Below are positions 51,101-60,269 of a stretch of 64,000 nucleotides of DNA, piece by piece. The notes under the pieces were generated by a model. It saw only the letters and a program-made list of their open reading frames with translations, searched no databases and was not told the DNA's origin. Position 1 is the stretch's first letter, and the number at the start of each line of letters is the position of its first letter. The position numbers were made by a program, and so were the translations under genes. Origin of the DNA: a virus (Duplodnaviria > Heunggongvirae > Uroviricota > Caudoviricetes); the IMG/VR virus record IMGVR_UViG_3300032327_001521; one strand, given 5' to 3'.

Positions 51101-51709
51101 ATGCAAGGCTATGATATCGATACTTTAGTATCAATAAAGAACAATTTTCAGGGCAATAATTTTCAATGGGTTAAAACCAATGACCGTGCCAAACTCGGCC
51201 AAGTGGTTAGAGTTAATGATGTTATCCCTAGCGGCCGAGGATTTATTGCTCAATTGTCTGATGGTTCTAGGATTTCTACTGAGCAGTTAACCAGCAATTT
51301 AATGATGCTGATGGATGATCAGCAGCCTCTATCAATGGCTGAAATTATGTCAATCAATACTCTGCCTAGTCTGTCTGACGAAATGGATCTTGCGCCGGGC
51401 TTACCTGATGAATTTAAGAATGATATCGCTCGGCCTGCTCAAGTTAGAGTTGAGCCCACAGCAAAACCGGCTCAGTCTGACTCAGCCGATCTATTTGGCA
51501 TGTTTTCTCTTGAGCAAACTGACTTACCGATATCTGTTTCGATTAAGTTGCCCGCTCGTAATCTGCTAAAGATGATGTACTCAAACTCCCAAAACAAGGA
51601 AGAGTTCCTAAATAAGTTAGCTGTCTATATAAATAGTAATGTAACAACCGATTCTATCAAGTCTTCAATGAAGAAGTCACTAGATCCGGATAAAAAGAAG
51701 AAAGTTTGA
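51101..51709 (+). CDS. Hypothetical protein
   Basis: ATG at 51101 (MQGYDID) follows the polymerase stop. The track's start at 51065 overlaps the polymerase. Confidence 0.75.
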   Translation: MQGYDIDTLVSIKNNFQGNNFQWVKTNDRAKLGQVVRVNDVIPSGRGFIAQLSDGSRISTEQLTSNLMMLMDDQQPLSMAEIMSINTLPSLSDEMDLAPGLPDEFKNDIARPAQVRVEPTAKPAQSDSADLFGMFSLEQTDLPISVSIKLPARNLLKMMYSNSQNKEEFLNKLAVYINSNVTTDSIKSSMKKSLDPDKKKKV

Positions 51710-52293
51710 TGCTACCTCAGTCCAAGATAACTCGTACCGTTTCCCCAATCTTAAATGGTGAATTTGAGGTAATTTCTCTAACCAGAGATTCGGACCGGGC
51801 TGATCGATTAGCTAGTAATGCAAACTATATCGCAATTATTCCATTTGAGAAAACAGCAGATGACCGAATCAAGTCAATTTATGGGGTACGCTTTGAGAAT
51901 CATGTAACTGGCCAGGCTGATACAACCCTAGTGATTGATGCAGTTGATGCATCTCGTGATCAAACTACCTATGATACCGTTTGTCGAGCCCTAATCGAAG
52001 AGGCCGGCATAAATCTAGAGGAGGCCGGTATCAATGAAGACGACATTTTTTACCTGGGTAACATTAGTACCTGCATTCCAGTTAATGCAAAATTTAAGTG
52101 TTATGCAGTTGACCTGAGCAGGATAGCAAATCCTGACTCCCCAATTGAGTTTGCTAGAACTCTATCCAAGTCCAAATTTGAAAAGGACTCATCTGAGATT
52201 GTTAAGCTAGGGTTTCACCAAGTTGTTAATGGCGACTTCTCGGATGCAACTATTCTAGCCGGTGCCTTTTTATTAGTTTCCTATTTCAACTGA
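51706..52293 (+). CDS. Nudix-fold protein with degenerate Nudix box
   Basis: YIAIIPF, DTVCRALIEEAGI (cf. RELxEExG), FYLG, KCYAVDL, DATILAG. Confidence 0.55.
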   Translation: MMLPQSKITRTVSPILNGEFEVISLTRDSDRADRLASNANYIAIIPFEKTADDRIKSIYGVRFENHVTGQADTTLVIDAVDASRDQTTYDTVCRALIEEAGINLEEAGINEDDIFYLGNISTCIPVNAKFKCYAVDLSRIANPDSPIEFARTLSKSKFEKDSSEIVKLGFHQVVNGDFSDATILAGAFLLVSYFN

Positions 52294-52319
52294 AACTAGG
52301 CTCGATCTCAGTGTACAAG
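52293..52319 (+). promoter_or_regulatory. Pre-replicative promoter motif upstream of uvsX
   Basis: AAACT-N15-GTACAAG. Confidence 0.65.
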
Positions 52320-52346
52320 ACTACTGAAATCTAACTCTAATAACCT

Positions 52347-53537
52347 ATGGCAAAAACGCTAGATGCATTTGCAAAATTCAATGACATTCTCGAGAAAAAG
52401 GTAAAATCCAAGATCGAGATTCGTGGCTTCTCCGATATTGAGGAGTATATTCCAACTGGTAACTACCTCTTAAATGCCCAAATGTCGGGTTCCCTATTTG
52501 GAGGCTATCCAAACACTCGTAGTATTGGTATTGCCGGTGATTCCGGGGCAGGTAAAACCTTTCTTTGCCTAAATGCAGTAAGGGAATTACAGGCAAAGGG
52601 CTATATGGTAATCTATATTGATACTGAAGGCGCAATTGACTCCTCTGACTATGTTAAATTTGGAGTTGACCTTACCAAGCTTAAATACTTACGAATGGGT
52701 CTCATTAGCGAGGTCAAATTTTTTGTAAATGATCTGCTTGAGACAATCAAAGAGAATCCAGGCCTTAAGATTGCAATGTTTGTCGATTCAGTCGGCATGC
52801 TCGATACAGACAAGAGCAAGTCTGACATGGAAAAGGGCAAAAATGCCGGCGATATGGGTCTCCGGGCCAAGGAAATGCGCGCACTCTTTAAGAGTTTTAC
52901 ACTTGACCTCTCCAATTACAAGATTCCGTTTATTTTTACAAACCACACGTATGCCTCAATGGACCAGTACACCCCGAAAGGCATGTCCGGTGGCGGTGGA
53001 CCAGAATTCTCAGCATCGATCATCTTAATGCTAAGCAAGGGTACTCTACGTGATGAAGCAAAGACAACAACTGGTATTATTGTAAGATCCAAGACCAAAA
53101 AGAATCGTCTTGCTAAACCAATTGATATTGAGTTTCATATCTCCTTTCATAAGGGTATGAACCGGTTTGTTGGACTAGAACAATACGTCACTTGGGAGAA
53201 TTGTGGAGTTGGTCGTGGTAATAAGTTAACCGAAAAGGAGTTTTCAAAGCTTAAACCTGATGAACAAGAGATTTGCTCACGATTTGAGCTAAATGGTGAG
53301 ACCTTTTACTTTTTACCCAAGAAATTAGGCAAAACCTATTTGATTCGCCATAACGGTGATGAGGTTCCGGTTAAGGAATTCTTTTCAGCTCGACTCTTTA
53401 CTCAAGAGGTCCTAACTGAGCTTGATGAAAGGGTTATTAAACCGACATTTAAGTTTCCTGAAACCCAGGACGGTATTGACAGCATGGAAACTGCTGAGCT
53501 TGAGGACTTAACTGAAGCGGAAGAGCATGACCTTTAA
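52347..53537 (+). CDS. uvsX: RecA/UvsX-like recombinase
   Basis: IPTGNYLLNAQMSG, Walker A GDSGAGKT, YIDTEGA, FVDSVGML, DMGLRAK, FTNHTY, MSGGGG. Confidence 0.9.
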   Translation: MAKTLDAFAKFNDILEKKVKSKIEIRGFSDIEEYIPTGNYLLNAQMSGSLFGGYPNTRSIGIAGDSGAGKTFLCLNAVRELQAKGYMVIYIDTEGAIDSSDYVKFGVDLTKLKYLRMGLISEVKFFVNDLLETIKENPGLKIAMFVDSVGMLDTDKSKSDMEKGKNAGDMGLRAKEMRALFKSFTLDLSNYKIPFIFTNHTYASMDQYTPKGMSGGGGPEFSASIILMLSKGTLRDEAKTTTGIIVRSKTKKNRLAKPIDIEFHISFHKGMNRFVGLEQYVTWENCGVGRGNKLTEKEFSKLKPDEQEICSRFELNGETFYFLPKKLGKTYLIRHNGDEVPVKEFFSARLFTQEVLTELDERVIKPTFKFPETQDGIDSMETAELEDLTEAEEHDL

Positions 53538-53865
53538 GATTGCTGAGGATTTGCCCATTAAGTACACACTTGGGCTTCACCCATCTGTGTCAAGCTATCC
53601 AACCCAAGAAGATTTTATGTTTGACGTTGCATCTCATATTGCTCGAGTGTCAGACTTAAAAGACAAGGACTGGGACGTTGATGATATTAAGTTTTCAACC
53701 AAAACCCTAAAGTATGTCTTTGGTGATAATATGAACAGCCCAGAGTTTAGAGAAAAGATTAAGGCTATTTTAGTTGACCTATTAGACAGGTCAGTCCTAT
53801 CTAAAAAGGGTGAATTTATTTTTATACCAGAGACTGAATTTTCAAAGTACTATTTAACAGCGTAA
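53527..53865 (+). CDS. Hypothetical protein (112 aa)
   Basis: ORF overlapping the uvsX end, in the T4 gene-40 position between uvsX and 41. Confidence 0.7.
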   Translation: MTFKIAEDLPIKYTLGLHPSVSSYPTQEDFMFDVASHIARVSDLKDKDWDVDDIKFSTKTLKYVFGDNMNSPEFREKIKAILVDLLDRSVLSKKGEFIFIPETEFSKYYLTA

Positions 53866-53876
53866 GCAAAAAAGCC

Positions 53877-55415
53877 ATGATGATAGATTTTAAGGAAAAC
53901 ATTGAACTACTGGAGAAAATCATCTTCAATTTCGTTCTAACTGAGGACGATAATGAAATTGTCATCAAGCCCAAGAATTACGATTCACTCGATAAAAGGG
54001 AAATAATCCCGATGGTTAAGGCCCACTATTTCAATGACGATACTCTGCAAAGATTGTATCGAGAGGCCAAAAAGTTCTTTGTTGAGTACAAAAAGGTACC
54101 AACTAAAAACGAGCTTCGTGAGCTTGCAAATCTATCAAACCTTGACTTGACTGAGGCCAAATTCAATAAAGTATTTGAAGTTGACCTAACAAGTTATAAT
54201 TACGATTTTCTTTTTAAGTATACCAAGGCTTTTATATTCTATAAGAATCTAAACGAGTCAGTTATTGATGTTCTCTCCTACCTTAAGACAACCGATATTA
54301 ATCCTGACAACGTTGAGCTTATTACTGACGAGGTTCGTGCCAAGTTTAATGATAAGCTTAATGTATCATTTACGAGTGCAGAGTCAGGTCTCAACTTTTT
54401 TAATCCAATTGATCACGTCCAGCTCTCAAAAGTGGGTAACCCAACCGGCTTTAAGTTCTTTGATAAAACTCTTGGTGGAGGCTGGAACCCTAAAACACTA
54501 GTTGTGTTTCAAGGTCGACCTAAAGTTGGAAAGTCAATGGTTCTATCCAATATTGCAGGTCGAGCTTTTGTATCAGGTTGTAATGTTGGAGTTGCAACTC
54601 TTGAGCTATCCGATCGTAAGTACATGAAGCGTATTGGCTCTATGGTTCTAGACATACCATTTAAGGACTATGATTCAATGCTGGATCCATCTCAAGTAAA
54701 GGCTGTAGAAACCCGAATGCGGGTACTCAAAGAAACGGTCTCAACTCTTGGTGAATTGCAGGTCAAAGAATTTCCAACTGGTACAGCCTCAGCAATTGAT
54801 GTTGAAAACTATTTCTTAAAGGTTCAGCAAAATACCGGTAAGAAATTTGCAGTAATCGTGGTTGATTATATTAACCTAATGAGGCCTGTTCGAGAACAAG
54901 GAAATATCTATGAAAAAATCAAAGTTATATCAGAAGAGCTTAGAGCTGTTGCTATCCGGAATGAATGGTGTATTATTACTGCGACTCAAATTAAGAGGGA
55001 TGCAGTTGATGATCAGGACCTTAGTATGTCAGACATCGCTGAATCATTTGGACTTGTCCATACAGTGGATTCTCTATTTGGCCTAATCCGAGGCCCAATG
55101 GAAAAGCGCATGAAGATTAAGCTTGTTGTAAATCGCGATGGCGGCTATAATGAGAGCTTCAAGATGTTTCGTATGAGCTATGAGTATGCAAAGCTAATTG
55201 AAGAGACCGATCCAGCTTCTGAATTCTATTCTGATGATGACGATACAATGTCTCTTGAGAATCAAATGCGTAGTCAGTACCACACAGCCCAGACCACAAC
55301 TTTACCGCCTAATCTAATACCATATGACGTTGCAGTTAAGATGGCAATTGAGCGCGAGGCCCAAATTAAACCTCAAGGTAACAGCTACGATGATATCTTA
55401 AATATGATAAACTAA
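53877..55415 (+). CDS. gp41: Replicative DnaB-like helicase (T4 gp41-like)
   Basis: PTGFKFFD..LGGG, Walker A GRPKVGKS, TLELS, IVVDYINLM, EELRAVA, TATQ, IAESFGL. Confidence 0.9.
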   Translation: MMIDFKENIELLEKIIFNFVLTEDDNEIVIKPKNYDSLDKREIIPMVKAHYFNDDTLQRLYREAKKFFVEYKKVPTKNELRELANLSNLDLTEAKFNKVFEVDLTSYNYDFLFKYTKAFIFYKNLNESVIDVLSYLKTTDINPDNVELITDEVRAKFNDKLNVSFTSAESGLNFFNPIDHVQLSKVGNPTGFKFFDKTLGGGWNPKTLVVFQGRPKVGKSMVLSNIAGRAFVSGCNVGVATLELSDRKYMKRIGSMVLDIPFKDYDSMLDPSQVKAVETRMRVLKETVSTLGELQVKEFPTGTASAIDVENYFLKVQQNTGKKFAVIVVDYINLMRPVREQGNIYEKIKVISEELRAVAIRNEWCIITATQIKRDAVDDQDLSMSDIAESFGLVHTVDSLFGLIRGPMEKRMKIKLVVNRDGGYNESFKMFRMSYEYAKLIEETDPASEFYSDDDDTMSLENQMRSQYHTAQTTTLPPNLIPYDVAVKMAIEREAQIKPQGNSYDDILNMIN

Positions 55416-55431
55416 AAAAATCAACTCTCTC

Positions 55432-56079
55432 TTGAAAAAGTCAAAAAATGAAGAACTGTTCGACGATTTAGGGTTTGAGGATCAACCTGTTCAATCGGAT
55501 GATGATAGCCTTGATAGCTATACACCAACTGACGACATGTCAGATGACGACCCAGAAGAGCTGGAACGCCGCCGTGTAAAATATGCAACACTGAGAAAGA
55601 ACGATAAGATCTTTAACAACTCGTATAACATGGGCCAGGTTGCAACAGAAGACGATGATGTCAGGTCTCGTTCAGATATCAAAGTAGATATCAGTTCGCC
55701 CCATTACCATATGTATGATCGAGATCAATACTCAGATCACATGGATGATTCCATAACTCAATACGATATAGATCAATACGTCTCAGGTTCGGATGAAGTC
55801 TTGATGATTATAGGTGACCAGACAGAGAAGAAGAAATTTACAAAGTCAGAGGTAAATGATCTATTTCGGCTCATTACTGCTGGCGTAAATAGTGGAGAAC
55901 ATGCAAGCTCATTTGTTAGCTCAATCCATGTGCTTGACTCAATTTCTTCCTTGACCAATATGGAATATAAAAAGCTGTTTGATATGTTAACATATGAACA
56001 TAAAGAGATTCTCTTGCTTGAACTAAACAAAAAGTTTGGATTTCTAGACAAGCCTTCTAAGAACCTTAAAATGTTTTAG
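55432..56079 (+). CDS. Hypothetical protein with acidic N-terminus
   Basis: TTG-start ORF between the helicase and gp47. Confidence 0.7.
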   Translation: MKKSKNEELFDDLGFEDQPVQSDDDSLDSYTPTDDMSDDDPEELERRRVKYATLRKNDKIFNNSYNMGQVATEDDDVRSRSDIKVDISSPHYHMYDRDQYSDHMDDSITQYDIDQYVSGSDEVLMIIGDQTEKKKFTKSEVNDLFRLITAGVNSGEHASSFVSSIHVLDSISSLTNMEYKKLFDMLTYEHKEILLLELNKKFGFLDKPSKNLKMF

Positions 56080-56082
56080 CCA

Positions 56083-57198
56083 ATGAAGTTGCAAAATATT
56101 AGAAAGATTAATCTAGTTGGTGATCTACACTTGGGTATTAAAAATAACTCAGTAGAATGGCTTGATATTCAAAAGGACTTTTTACTAAAGTTTCTTTTTG
56201 ATAAGGTAGATGAGGATTTTGATGCCGACCGTGATATTCTTATTCTAGAGGGCGATATTTTTCATTCGCGTGAATCAATAAACGTCAGAATTCAAAATGA
56301 AGCCTTTTTTATATTTAAGCAGTTAGCGGCAAAGTTTAAGAGAGGAGTCTATATCATTATTGGTAACCATGATGTCTATTATAAGGACAAGACTGAGGTC
56401 AACTCACTAAAGTCAATTAGCCACCTAGCTGATAACATTCACGTATTTGAAAAGCCTGAAACCTTAACCATTAACGGTGACCATTCGTTCCTAATGCTGC
56501 CATGGATAGAGGATGTTACTCGCCTCTCTAGTGTTGTTAATGATTATCGTAATCTATGTCAGTATATCGTATGCCATGCCGATATTAAGGGTCTAAGATT
56601 CAATAAATGGACTCAGGTTGAGCATGGTCTTGAGGTTGATGCTCTCTCCACCTATAAACGAGTCTATGGCGGTCACATTCACCATCGTCAATCTGTTAAG
56701 AATGTACTCTATACTGGCACACCATACCAAATGGATCGTGGTGATATCGGCAATGCCAAGGGATTCTATCAGCTAGATGTTTCAACTCAGGTCTTAACTG
56801 AGACTTTTATAGAGAATACTCAGTCGCCAATTTTTGTTAAGTTTGATATTATGAAAGTTCTTGAAATGACTCATACCGAGATAGTTGAAGCCTTTCGTAA
56901 TAATTTTGTTGATATAATGATCAATGTTAATTTTGCAAACAGATTCTCGGTTACCAGATTCCTAGAAGAAATTTCACGCGCATCGCATCGAAAAATTGAG
57001 TTCTTTACCTATGTTGATCAGACCGAGGCAGAGGCAGAGATGAATTCGGAGTTTAATCCAGAAGATGGTTTCAATATTACTGATATCTTTAAGATGTACG
57101 TTAAATCCAAAGACTATACTCAGCAGTTTCGAAGTGACTTGGCCAAGAAATTTGTAGAGGTTCACCAACTTGTAAAACAGGATAGTAGATATGCTTAA
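56083..57198 (+). CDS. gp47: Mre11/SbcD-like recombination nuclease (T4 gp47-like)
   Basis: GDLHLG, GDIFHSR, GNHD, LPWI, CHADI, GGHIH, YTGTPYQ...DIG..KGFY. Confidence 0.9.
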   Translation: MKLQNIRKINLVGDLHLGIKNNSVEWLDIQKDFLLKFLFDKVDEDFDADRDILILEGDIFHSRESINVRIQNEAFFIFKQLAAKFKRGVYIIIGNHDVYYKDKTEVNSLKSISHLADNIHVFEKPETLTINGDHSFLMLPWIEDVTRLSSVVNDYRNLCQYIVCHADIKGLRFNKWTQVEHGLEVDALSTYKRVYGGHIHHRQSVKNVLYTGTPYQMDRGDIGNAKGFYQLDVSTQVLTETFIENTQSPIFVKFDIMKVLEMTHTEIVEAFRNNFVDIMINVNFANRFSVTRFLEEISRASHRKIEFFTYVDQTEAEAEMNSEFNPEDGFNITDIFKMYVKSKDYTQQFRSDLAKKFVEVHQLVKQDSRYA

Positions 57199-57682
57199 AC
57201 CAATGATTTCTAACCTCATCCGGGTAGTTGATGCAGGTCGAGGTGAATTTAGAGTCATAGCTGATGACTTTATACCAGAGGGTACGCTTATTGAAGTTTG
57301 CCCAACCGTTCATATTAGCAATCGACTTGCAATCATAATGGCTAAATCAATTAGCAGTATTGAAAGCAAATTTATAATTGATCAAGAAGCCGTTGATAAA
57401 GAGTATGAGGTATTTGCTGAACTTGGCGAAATGGAGCTTGAGCGACGACTTGATGCCGGTCAAATTTCTCCAAATGAATATTCTCAAATACTTTCATCAA
57501 AAGTCAATGTAAATGCTCTACTTGAGGCAAAGACTCATGTGCTTCCACTCGGATATGGTCAACTCTATAGAATTAGTGACACCCCTAATATGGTTCGAAC
57601 CTACTATTCAAATACTAAACTTTGTACGTTTAAGGCAGTACAATATATACAAGCGGGTACAGAATTAACCTACTTTAACTAG
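57191..57682 (+). CDS. SET-domain protein with degenerate catalytic motifs
   Basis: GRG...IPEGTLIEVCP, LPLGYGQLYRISDTPN, KAVQYIQAGTELTYFN follow the bacterial SET template GRGVFA..I..GE.IE.CP / GYGSLYNHS..PN / A.RDI..GEELT.xY. Confidence 0.7.
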   Translation: MLKPMISNLIRVVDAGRGEFRVIADDFIPEGTLIEVCPTVHISNRLAIIMAKSISSIESKFIIDQEAVDKEYEVFAELGEMELERRLDAGQISPNEYSQILSSKVNVNALLEAKTHVLPLGYGQLYRISDTPNMVRTYYSNTKLCTFKAVQYIQAGTELTYFN

Positions 57683-57688
57683 TATTTC

Positions 57689-59356
57689 ATGAAAATTAAA
57701 CAGCTCTCATTTAGGAATATCTGTTCCTATGGTAATAAACTGCAGACTTTTAAGTTTTCAGAAGACCCACAGCTTATATTGGTTCAGGGTAAAAACGGTA
57801 GTGGTAAGTCATCAATATCAGATGCTCTAACTGTTTCAATATACGGTAGATCCGCTATTCGTAAAACCAAAGAGATTCCAAACCGTATCAATAAAAATGC
57901 CTATACTCATATTGAGTTTCAAACCGGTTCAGGAGATCTAGTTGAGATTGAAAGAGGTCTTGAACCTAATTTTTCAAAACTCGTAATCAATGGTGCTGAA
58001 CATAACCTGCCAGATAAGCGCCGAGTTGACGATTTTATTGAGGATGAGCTTACAAAGATTCCATTTAATGTTTTTTCAAATACAATAAGCCTGTCAGTCA
58101 ATGATTTCAAGAGCTTTGTTAAACTTAGCCCTTATGATAAGCGCCAAATCATTGATAAAATATTTGGCCTTGATATTGTTAATGATATGGCAAAGGTTGT
58201 CAAGGAAGAGGCTCGTGAGCTAAAGGCTCAAGTTCAATCGCTTGACGGAACCTTGCAAAACAATGAATCTTTGCTACAAAGTTCACTAGACCAGCTTAAA
58301 AATCTTAAACTGGACATAACTACTGCAAATGATGCCCGGCTTTCGGATCTACAGGCCGAGATTGAAAGGTTAACTGAGTCAAAGGAAGCCTCTAAGACTC
58401 TGTACTCTGATTTATCAGTTGATTCTAAGTCGCTTGAACAGTCACTTGCTAACATAAAGGCCTCAAAGCAGACAATTCAGCTAAATGTTTCTGAAATTCA
58501 AAAGAAACTTGACCTGTATTCGAAAAACAAGTGCCCACATTGCCTATCTGACCTAACTGACTCAGCTCATTTAGATATACGTGACAAGTTATTAGCCAAA
58601 AAAGAGTATCAGGAGGGCCAATTGCCAATAATTAATGAGAACATATCGACTGAGACTGATGCCCTATCTAGCAAGCAGAATGAGCTTGCCAAGGCTCGAG
58701 ATCAGTTCTATAAGATAGACGGCTCAATTAATCACCTACGCCGTGAATTACAAACAGCTTCTCAAGAGAAACCTGATACACAAAAGGGCACAGCCTACAT
58801 AAATGGAGTGATTGAATCAATCCAGTCTGAAATTTCAACCTTATCAGCAGAAAAGGCCAAGACTTCTGAAAAGATGGCAGTTTCACAGGAGATGGAGGTT
58901 ATTCTTGGAGATAATGGTATGAAGCGATTGCTAATGAGCCAAATAATTCCAATGCTTAATCGTAAAATCCTAAAAACCTCAAAACTTTTAGAGTTTAAGT
59001 TTTCATTTGAATTTGATCTTGAATTTAATCCAATCATTACTCATCTGGGCATGCAAATATCTCCAGATTCTCTCTCAGCTGGCGAGCAAAAGAAGATGAA
59101 CTTAATTGTTTTGCTCTGTATTCTTGAACTCTTAAAGCTAAAGCACCATAAGGTTAATGTTCTATTTCTAGACGAAGTTTTCTCTTCACTAGATGTTGAC
59201 TCGATTTATCGAGTAGTTGATCTACTTAAGACTTTTTCTAAGAAATACAGCATGACAATTTTTGTTATCTCTCATGATCCACTGCCTGAGGAATTTTTTG
59301 ATGTTAAATTAGCAGTTGAAAATGTAGACCATTTTTCAGATATTATTTCGGGCTAA
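57689..59356 (+). CDS. gp46: Rad50/SbcC-like ATPase (T4 gp46-like)
   Basis: Walker A GKNGSGKSS, zinc hook CPHC, signature LSAGEQ, Walker B LFLDEVFSSLD, H-loop VISH. Confidence 0.92.
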   Translation: MKIKQLSFRNICSYGNKLQTFKFSEDPQLILVQGKNGSGKSSISDALTVSIYGRSAIRKTKEIPNRINKNAYTHIEFQTGSGDLVEIERGLEPNFSKLVINGAEHNLPDKRRVDDFIEDELTKIPFNVFSNTISLSVNDFKSFVKLSPYDKRQIIDKIFGLDIVNDMAKVVKEEARELKAQVQSLDGTLQNNESLLQSSLDQLKNLKLDITTANDARLSDLQAEIERLTESKEASKTLYSDLSVDSKSLEQSLANIKASKQTIQLNVSEIQKKLDLYSKNKCPHCLSDLTDSAHLDIRDKLLAKKEYQEGQLPIINENISTETDALSSKQNELAKARDQFYKIDGSINHLRRELQTASQEKPDTQKGTAYINGVIESIQSEISTLSAEKAKTSEKMAVSQEMEVILGDNGMKRLLMSQIIPMLNRKILKTSKLLEFKFSFEFDLEFNPIITHLGMQISPDSLSAGEQKKMNLIVLLCILELLKLKHHKVNVLFLDEVFSSLDVDSIYRVVDLLKTFSKKYSMTIFVISHDPLPEEFFDVKLAVENVDHFSDIISG

Positions 59357-59381
59357 ACCGTTCACACTTTTTTAGTATATT
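59355..59381 (+). promoter_or_regulatory. Pre-replicative promoter motif upstream of the gp42-like gene
   Basis: AAACC-N15-GTATATT, with ATG 7 nt downstream. Confidence 0.65.
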
Positions 59382-59387
59382 TTAGTT

Positions 59388-60269
59388 ATGATAGTTTTTA
59401 ACGCAAAGTCATTTGCCGATTGTTATAAGGCCTCTTTAGCTTACCTTTCCGAGCATGGAGCTCAAAACTCAGCTCGAGGTATACAGAGCAAGGAATTATT
59501 GGATGTTGCGCTTGAAATATCCGACCCAACCCAATGTCTCTACCTAAATGAGGCTAGAGGTTCACAAAAGAAGTATATTGCAGCTGAGCTTCTATGGTAC
59601 TACACAGGCCGATCTGATGTCCAATTTATTTCAAAATGGGCAAAGTTTTGGGAATCAATTCAAAACCCAGATGGCACCGCTAATTCTGCATACGGCAACT
59701 TAATCTTTAATGTCAAGAATCGTCACGGCTTTTCTCAATATCAGTGGGCCATGCAGAGCTTGCTAAATGATAAGAATACCCGGCAAGCAGTAATGCACTT
59801 TAATATGCCAACTCATCAATATGCCAATAATAAGGATTTTGTGTGCACAATGTATGCAAATTGCCATATTCGTAACAATAAGTTGTATATGTCAGTCTTT
59901 ATGCGAAGTAATGATGCAGTCTGGGGAACGCCAACCGATGTGGCATTTTTCTGTTCTCTTCAAATGCAGATGCATGCCCACCTAAAGGAATTTTATCCGG
60001 AGCTTGAACTGGGCACATATACTCATATTGCAAATTCTTATCATGTTTACGATAGACACTATGAGCTAATCAATAGAATGCTAACTTCTGATTTTACTGC
60101 AGTATCATTACCTGCAATTGGTTCAGATCTGGTTGATATAGATGGTTCACCGAGTCAAAGCCTGCAAACTCTAATGGCTGCAGCCTCAGCAACTGAGGAA
60201 AACTATCTCATTTTCCAAGATGGCAATGACCTTTTAAAATGGATATATCAACACGCAATTAAAGCATAA
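59388..60269 (+). CDS. Thymidylate-synthase-superfamily enzyme of the dCMP hydroxymethylase (T4 gp42-like) type
   Basis: YIAAELLWY, ANSAYG, DKNTRQA, DFVCT (catalytic Cys), MRSNDAVWGTPTDV (Asp at the ThyA Asn177 position), NSYHVYDRH. Confidence 0.8.
   Translation: MIVFNAKSFADCYKASLAYLSEHGAQNSARGIQSKELLDVALEISDPTQCLYLNEARGSQKKYIAAELLWYYTGRSDVQFISKWAKFWESIQNPDGTANSAYGNLIFNVKNRHGFSQYQWAMQSLLNDKNTRQAVMHFNMPTHQYANNKDFVCTMYANCHIRNNKLYMSVFMRSNDAVWGTPTDVAFFCSLQMQMHAHLKEFYPELELGTYTHIANSYHVYDRHYELINRMLTSDFTAVSLPAIGSDLVDIDGSPSQSLQTLMAAASATEENYLIFQDGNDLLKWIYQHAIKA

Noticed and set aside
38676-55415. Inteins or group I introns in nrdA, polymerase, uvsX or helicase
   Set aside because: Lengths and motif spacing are normal. 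No intein N/C-terminal motifs or homing endonuclease ORFs.
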